DNA of 32,000 bases from Amoeboradix gromovi X-113. Taxonomy: Eukaryota > Fungi > Sanchytriomycota. The stretch's first letter is position 1. Each line of letters opens with the position of its first letter. Shown in pieces: positions 27,328 to 32,000 of the stretch. The notes under the pieces were generated by a model. That model was not told the origin of the DNA and made no database searches. It saw only the letters and a program-made list of their open reading frames with translations. Location: assembly GCA_018985225.1 (NCBI GenBank), contig JADGIF010000005.1, positions 16,304 to 48,303 on the forward strand, given 5' to 3'. A program made the position numbers and the translations under genes.

Positions 27328-30237
27328 TTAGTCATCTCCCTTATAAACACTTGCATACGGCCCCTTTTGCAGTGCTTTTATTTTTAATAAACACTCATCA
27401 ATCTCTGCCACATCTTCCTTCAAGCTTTCTATTTTGTAAAATACTCGCAATCCGACCTTTAGATAGTTTATAGTCTTTTCCCTGTCCTGAGTTAATTTAG
27501 CTAGTTTAGGTGGATTCTTTATCTGATTTAACAATTCCAACAACAATGGCCTGTAATCCTCCAACTTGAGCTCTTCGTTATCAATTGCCATTAATACCAT
27601 GATTGCACTCTGCCTCACTTGCTCTATATCTTTTAATCCTTTGCTTAGCAGTTCTATAACATAGTCACGATTCGCCATATTCAGCTCTACTAATAATTGC
27701 AAACACGCGTACGCAAGTTTCCTATTTGTTAGCCCATCATCAATTTTAATTTTCATCAAACCCATATCTAGCACTCTTATGTATTTAGCATTAACATTAG
27801 TTTGTAACCGTAGGTACTCAAACAGCGAACCTAATTCTGTTTTTATCAATCCGTTGATAATCGCATCCATAATTATTTCCAATTTACAGTAATTGAACTC
27901 CAATAGATCGCTGGTCGTATTGAATATCTCATCTATTTGTTTGGTCACCTTTAACAAGTGGATTCGTAACATGGTGTTGTTTACCAACGAGTCATCTTGT
28001 AACAAATTTAGTCTACCAGACAACAATGAATGCGCATGAATGGCCAGACTGTTGAAGCCATCCGATTCACCCACATCCAGTTCATCTGCCAGCTTGTCAC
28101 ATAGTTTTACAAAGCTCAAATCTGCCGATTTGTGGTTCAGTAGAAACACAAGTTTGTCCTTCACATCCATTAATCCTTCATATATCTGCATGAAAACTGT
28201 GTCATTTACTCGGCTACCAGTATACTTTAGAGTGTATTTATTCAGTGGAATCGCACATATTTCAGCAATGTTTGTAATTTCATTGGACATCAAGAAAGTT
28301 GACCATGATTTTATTGGAGCAGTTGCTCTATTGGCTAGTGAGGTATAAAATAGCAGCAGTTCGCTAGGCTCTGCGCTAAAATTCGTCACGTCATTTGATT
28401 TTATCAACTCATACAAAGCATCGGTTAGATGAGGTTTAATCAGTTCTAGCTCATCCGAATTGCTAGTGGGCATATAAAATAAGTAATTCATAATAGTTTT
28501 GTCACCAATAAAAGGCAGTAACTTGTAATAATCCGAATAATTGGACATTGGATGATTTTGATTAATTAGATAAAATAATATGCCACTAATAGAATTAGAG
28601 TTAGCCGATGCGTATTTTAAGTATTCTAGTATAAACGGTAGCAAGGGCTCAATCGGTTTCATACTAAAAAGCATTGTCCATTCCTCATCAGTAAACGGAA
28701 CCCAATTATCGAAAAACAATTTGCTTCCCGAGCTTTGCAATATGTCAATTATTATTGAGTTATTGGTTTTTAACAGATTTACTAATAATGGACCAACATC
28801 AATCAAATCAGGGTACCATATTGCAACGGTTGCTAGGTTAGAATCGATAATTTTACCAAGTAGTGAGACAGTAACAGGATATAAAGACTCATGCAGCTGG
28901 TTATTCAATCTTAAATGTTCCAATATCATTACAATATTTTCTTTTGAGGAATTTAAGCAATTTGTTAGCAATGTAGATTGCCACTCAATTGGTGGACTAG
29001 AATGCTTTAGGAGCAATGAGAATAGAGTATAGTAGTGTGGGTTAGTGCTGTTGAATAAATTGAATGTTTTACTGATATGCACTGAATATGGGATTGCCTT
29101 GATCACTAACAGAAGTAGTTCATCATTATTAGGATCATTAATAAGAACAGTAAACAAAGTATCAATTAGGTTTGTGATTTGAGTAGAGGTTAACTTATTA
29201 AATTGAAGGCTGGAGAGTGATAAGTAATGATTAGCCACCACAATACGGATTTGGAGATTTTGATCGTTAAGCGAATTAATAAGAACATCGTGTGATTTGC
29301 CGGAATCAAAATCAGGGTATCTAATTAGCAATCTCGAAAGCAGTTGAATAGCGTGTAACCTAATTTGCCAACTACTATCATAATTAGAATCCATTTGATC
29401 ATCAAATCCAAAATCATCATCAAGCATGCCCTCATCCATGGAGAACTGGCACAGTGAGTTTAGCTGATTTATGAATGAATTGAGATAATCGCGATTGAAT
29501 AAAGTAAGAAACTTTGGAACAAACATATGAAACATATCAATCAAAGCACAGCCATCTAGTATATTGTCCTCGTGTAAATCTAAGGGAAGATGCAAAATGC
29601 TATGGAACTGCGCAAGTGAAGAAATATCTCGTCTGAGTATTGAAGATAAAACTGAATAAAACAAGCGAGACTGAATCCTGTCAGAAGACCTGCGCTCCAA
29701 AGTTAAATGAATAATGGATTGAAGGAGATTAGAAGGAACGCAGTTAACAAGGGCTTCTAATAGAAGATATTGTTTATCTAATGAGTCGAGAGTTGATAAG
29801 TAAGTAATAAGGGAGTCATCAAATTGGATCTTCAGATTGGATTTGTACTGTTCACAGAACTGAATAATTAGTTCTAAACACTTCCATGAAATGAACTTTG
29901 ACAACCAAGAGGGATCAAATGGTGCCCTGGACTTAATTAGTGTTTGATAACACATAACGATGATTTCTTCGTATTCATTTGAATAGAGGTCATCCAGAAC
30001 GCTGGTGACAGCACTCACATCCATCAGAGGAATGGATTTAATTGTCATCTGAACTATGTCAGCCTGATGGGATGTTAGCAACTGCAAGACTTGTCTTGTT
30101 TGCTTAGAGTCTAATAGCTGTATGGGTTCTTGATTCTTCACTGAAAGTAGCAGATCAGATAGTGCAATAAAATGCAAATCTGGATCACTGGAAGTAGCAA
30201 GGTTTTGTAAAAGTTGAGCAACCGGTGGAATTGTCAT
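27328..30237 (-). CDS. CAND1: cullin-associated NEDD8-dissociated protein 1 (TIP120), divergent
   Basis: N-terminal SSDPDLHFIALSDL, acidic loop followed by DSSWQIR, and the TIP120 C-terminal motif IRVLDMGLMKIKIDDGLTNRKLAY. Confidence 0.85.
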   Translation of the reverse strand: MTIPPVAQLLQNLATSSDPDLHFIALSDLLLSVKNQEPIQLLDSKQTRQVLQLLTSHQADIVQMTIKSIPLMDVSAVTSVLDDLYSNEYEEIIVMCYQTLIKSRAPFDPSWLSKFISWKCLELIIQFCEQYKSNLKIQFDDSLITYLSTLDSLDKQYLLLEALVNCVPSNLLQSIIHLTLERRSSDRIQSRLFYSVLSSILRRDISSLAQFHSILHLPLDLHEDNILDGCALIDMFHMFVPKFLTLFNRDYLNSFINQLNSLCQFSMDEGMLDDDFGFDDQMDSNYDSSWQIRLHAIQLLSRLLIRYPDFDSGKSHDVLINSLNDQNLQIRIVVANHYLSLSSLQFNKLTSTQITNLIDTLFTVLINDPNNDELLLLVIKAIPYSVHISKTFNLFNSTNPHYYTLFSLLLKHSSPPIEWQSTLLTNCLNSSKENIVMILEHLRLNNQLHESLYPVTVSLLGKIIDSNLATVAIWYPDLIDVGPLLVNLLKTNNSIIIDILQSSGSKLFFDNWVPFTDEEWTMLFSMKPIEPLLPFILEYLKYASANSNSISGILFYLINQNHPMSNYSDYYKLLPFIGDKTIMNYLFYMPTSNSDELELIKPHLTDALYELIKSNDVTNFSAEPSELLLFYTSLANRATAPIKSWSTFLMSNEITNIAEICAIPLNKYTLKYTGSRVNDTVFMQIYEGLMDVKDKLVFLLNHKSADLSFVKLCDKLADELDVGESDGFNSLAIHAHSLLSGRLNLLQDDSLVNNTMLRIHLLKVTKQIDEIFNTTSDLLEFNYCKLEIIMDAIINGLIKTELGSLFEYLRLQTNVNAKYIRVLDMGLMKIKIDDGLTNRKLAYACLQLLVELNMANRDYVIELLSKGLKDIEQVRQSAIMVLMAIDNEELKLEDYRPLLLELLNQIKNPPKLAKLTQDREKTINYLKVGLRVFYKIESLKEDVAEIDECLLKIKALQKGPYASVYKGDD

Positions 30238-30275
30238 GTTTCAAGGCATAAATTTTATTGTTTTAAATATAAAAC

Positions 30276-30914
30276 CTAATCAATATGAATGCTGGCGACT
30301 ATTTTCCCTCGAACACTTCCAAAATCTGATATTTTAGAGTCGCCATACACTTGAGTTAAAATTACCTTTTGCAACATTTTTGACTGAATACCCATGCCTA
30401 ACTCGAATACCATGCTACCTAGAACAAGTTCGCATTTTCCTGATTTGTAAACTCTTACTTTACCAATTAAGCCGTTGCCACTAACTTTGGGCAATGGTGG
30501 CATGCACAACATATGGATTTGATTATAGAATTCTTGAGCTTCAGACGGCGGCATTTCGTTTAGGCAAGCCTTTTTTAAAAGATCTTTCAATGGGATGTCT
30601 GATACTAAAAGCTGTTTGTCGAATTTGTACTCGTGTAAATCAATTTTATCTTCTACGCGAGTATCCATCTGAAAATCTTGCTGCGGTTCGTCAACAATCA
30701 TCTGGTTCTGAGTATGAACTTGTTTCTTGTACTTCCTGTCCTCTATTTTTCGCAACCTATTCTCAAACTCTTCTTTTCTATTTAATCTTTGTTGCTTTTG
30801 AATACTAGTCAACTCAGAATTGTCTGTATTTCTCGGCTTGAATTTAGGTTTGAATTTAAATCCTGTCAATGATGGCAATATGTTGTCTGTCTTATCGTTG
30901 TCTTCATTTTTCAT
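30276..30914 (-). CDS. RPC53: RNA polymerase III subunit RPC4/Rpc53
   Basis: Rpc4 signature GLIGKVRVYKSGKCELVLG...FE...G; N-terminal KFKPK motif. Confidence 0.8.
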   Translation of the reverse strand: MKNEDNDKTDNILPSLTGFKFKPKFKPRNTDNSELTSIQKQQRLNRKEEFENRLRKIEDRKYKKQVHTQNQMIVDEPQQDFQMDTRVEDKIDLHEYKFDKQLLVSDIPLKDLLKKACLNEMPPSEAQEFYNQIHMLCMPPLPKVSGNGLIGKVRVYKSGKCELVLGSMVFELGMGIQSKMLQKVILTQVYGDSKISDFGSVRGKIVASIHID

Positions 30915-31050
30915 AGTTTCGGATTGGGATCCCTCAAAATTTCAGAGTGGATTCCATAATGAACAATTCATGAAAGACAGAGTATAGCATAGTATTTGAA
31001 CAGATTTACTTAATTTAATTGATCGATTAAACAATCCAAAACTGAACGCG

Positions 31051-31470
31051 TTATTTTAATTTGAGATGTTTGGGTAAAATTTGCTTACAGTACTTCACTG
31101 CGTTTTCTATGTTATCGACTTTTGGATGGACACTTTGAGCTTTGGCAACTGCCACATGTTGCCGATGTCGGATTGTATGATAGTTGTACAATGGCGAATC
31201 AACAATTACTTGCATTCCAATGTAGTTGTAACTTCCGATTGGGGCATATATACATGCACCGGTATCAATGTAGTTATGGTCTCCAATATTGCATTGAATT
31301 GAAGTAAATTCGCAAATTACGGTAAAATCTCCAATACTTACGTTATTAGATATTCTAGCAGTCGGGTGGATAATGCAGTTTTTACCAATACTTACATTAG
31401 ATCCTATTGCGGTGTCAAATGCTACAACACTGTTGCTCATTTTGAAGTGTCTCGTTTCAAAAAGAATCAT
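31051..31470 (-). CDS. DCTN6: dynactin subunit 6 (p27)-like left-handed beta-helix protein
   Basis: Hexapeptide repeats NVSIGKNCIIHPTARI...IGDFTVICE and C-terminal ILPK..KL. The start may be ATG 31440. Confidence 0.6.
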   Translation of the reverse strand: MILFETRHFKMSNSVVAFDTAIGSNVSIGKNCIIHPTARISNNVSIGDFTVICEFTSIQCNIGDHNYIDTGACIYAPIGSYNYIGMQVIVDSPLYNYHTIRHRQHVAVAKAQSVHPKVDNIENAVKYCKQILPKHLKLK

Positions 31471-31778
31471 AATAAATAAACGAGACCCATTCTGACAAAT
31501 GTCCTCATTTCCAAGAAGGAAGAATACTTATAAAGCATACTAGATTACCCATTATCATTAATTGATGATGCCCAACACAAAAATGAAACGAAAAAACACG
31601 CTGAACGCGCCATTATAGAAGAACAAAAAAGATTACAATGAGGTATTAGAAAAAGACAATAAGTCAAAATCACCACATGCAAAACACATTAAACCACAAT
31701 CAAGAGAATGTGTACACGTATGTCATAACATTCAAGTACAATCCTTTTAATTTATCAATTGGGCTTCACTTGGCAAAT

Positions 31779-32000
31779 GGGACACCAAATATAAAAACTA
31801 GACTAACTGGTTTTTAAAGGAGGTGCACCATACGGAGGAAATGCTATTATTAATAAAAGATCTTCTATTATACCAATTTTCTTTCATTACTTTCAATCCC
31901 CTCTTCAAAATAAAACTAAAAGACCTGCATCTCGTTCAAATATATGAGGTCTTTGAGCATCTAAGCAAAAGGTGCATTTTCTTAGACGGTACTCTTTCTT
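31779..32000 (-). mobile_element. family-B MITE copy 3 (truncated by the window end)
   Basis: AAAT followed by the TIR GGGACACCAAATATAAAAACTAGACTAACT. The - strand reads KKEYRLRKCTFCLDAQRPHIFERDAG. Confidence 0.88.

Noticed and set aside
31449-31486. 9-bp inverted repeat GTCTCGTTT/AAACGAGAC upstream of the dynactin p27-like gene, resembling element ends
   Set aside because: Too short, with no adjoining transposon homology.
1-32000. CRISPR array, tRNA/rRNA genes, prokaryotic origin or a stop-codon-reassigned genetic code
   Set aside because: No regularly spaced repeats or tRNA/rRNA signatures were seen. The genes are eukaryote-specific, one has a spliceosomal intron, and conserved proteins are uninterrupted and end at standard stops.

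Overview
AT-rich, gene-dense, almost intron-free eukaryotic DNA in the standard genetic code, most consistent with a reduced early-diverging fungus or relative (inference). It carries 13 protein genes: Mcm10, a secreted/membrane LRR protein, leukotriene-A4-hydrolase-type M1 aminopeptidase (split by a 19-nt intron), Nup42/Amo1-like, Pet117-like, an unknown 1018-aa helical protein, a minimal Cdc6, Tcp11/Sok1-like, a single-ORF TrpE-TrpG-TrpC-TrpF fusion, Sgs1/RecQ, CAND1, Rpc53 and dynactin p27-like. Most of the longer intergenic gaps hold internally deleted, non-autonomous relics of Fanzor/TnpB (OMEGA RNA-guided nuclease) transposons from at least four families. Families A and C are IS607-type: a TnpA HTH stub joined to a Fanzor2 C-terminus. 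Family A has a conserved, structured ~128-nt right end that looks like an omegaRNA scaffold. Family B is a 30-bp-TIR, 4-bp-TSD MITE carrying a Fanzor1-like fragment. Family D is a further TnpB-like remnant with a long 3' hairpin. No intact Fanzor or transposase ORF lies in this window. All alignments, translations and folds were done by eye and need computational confirmation.
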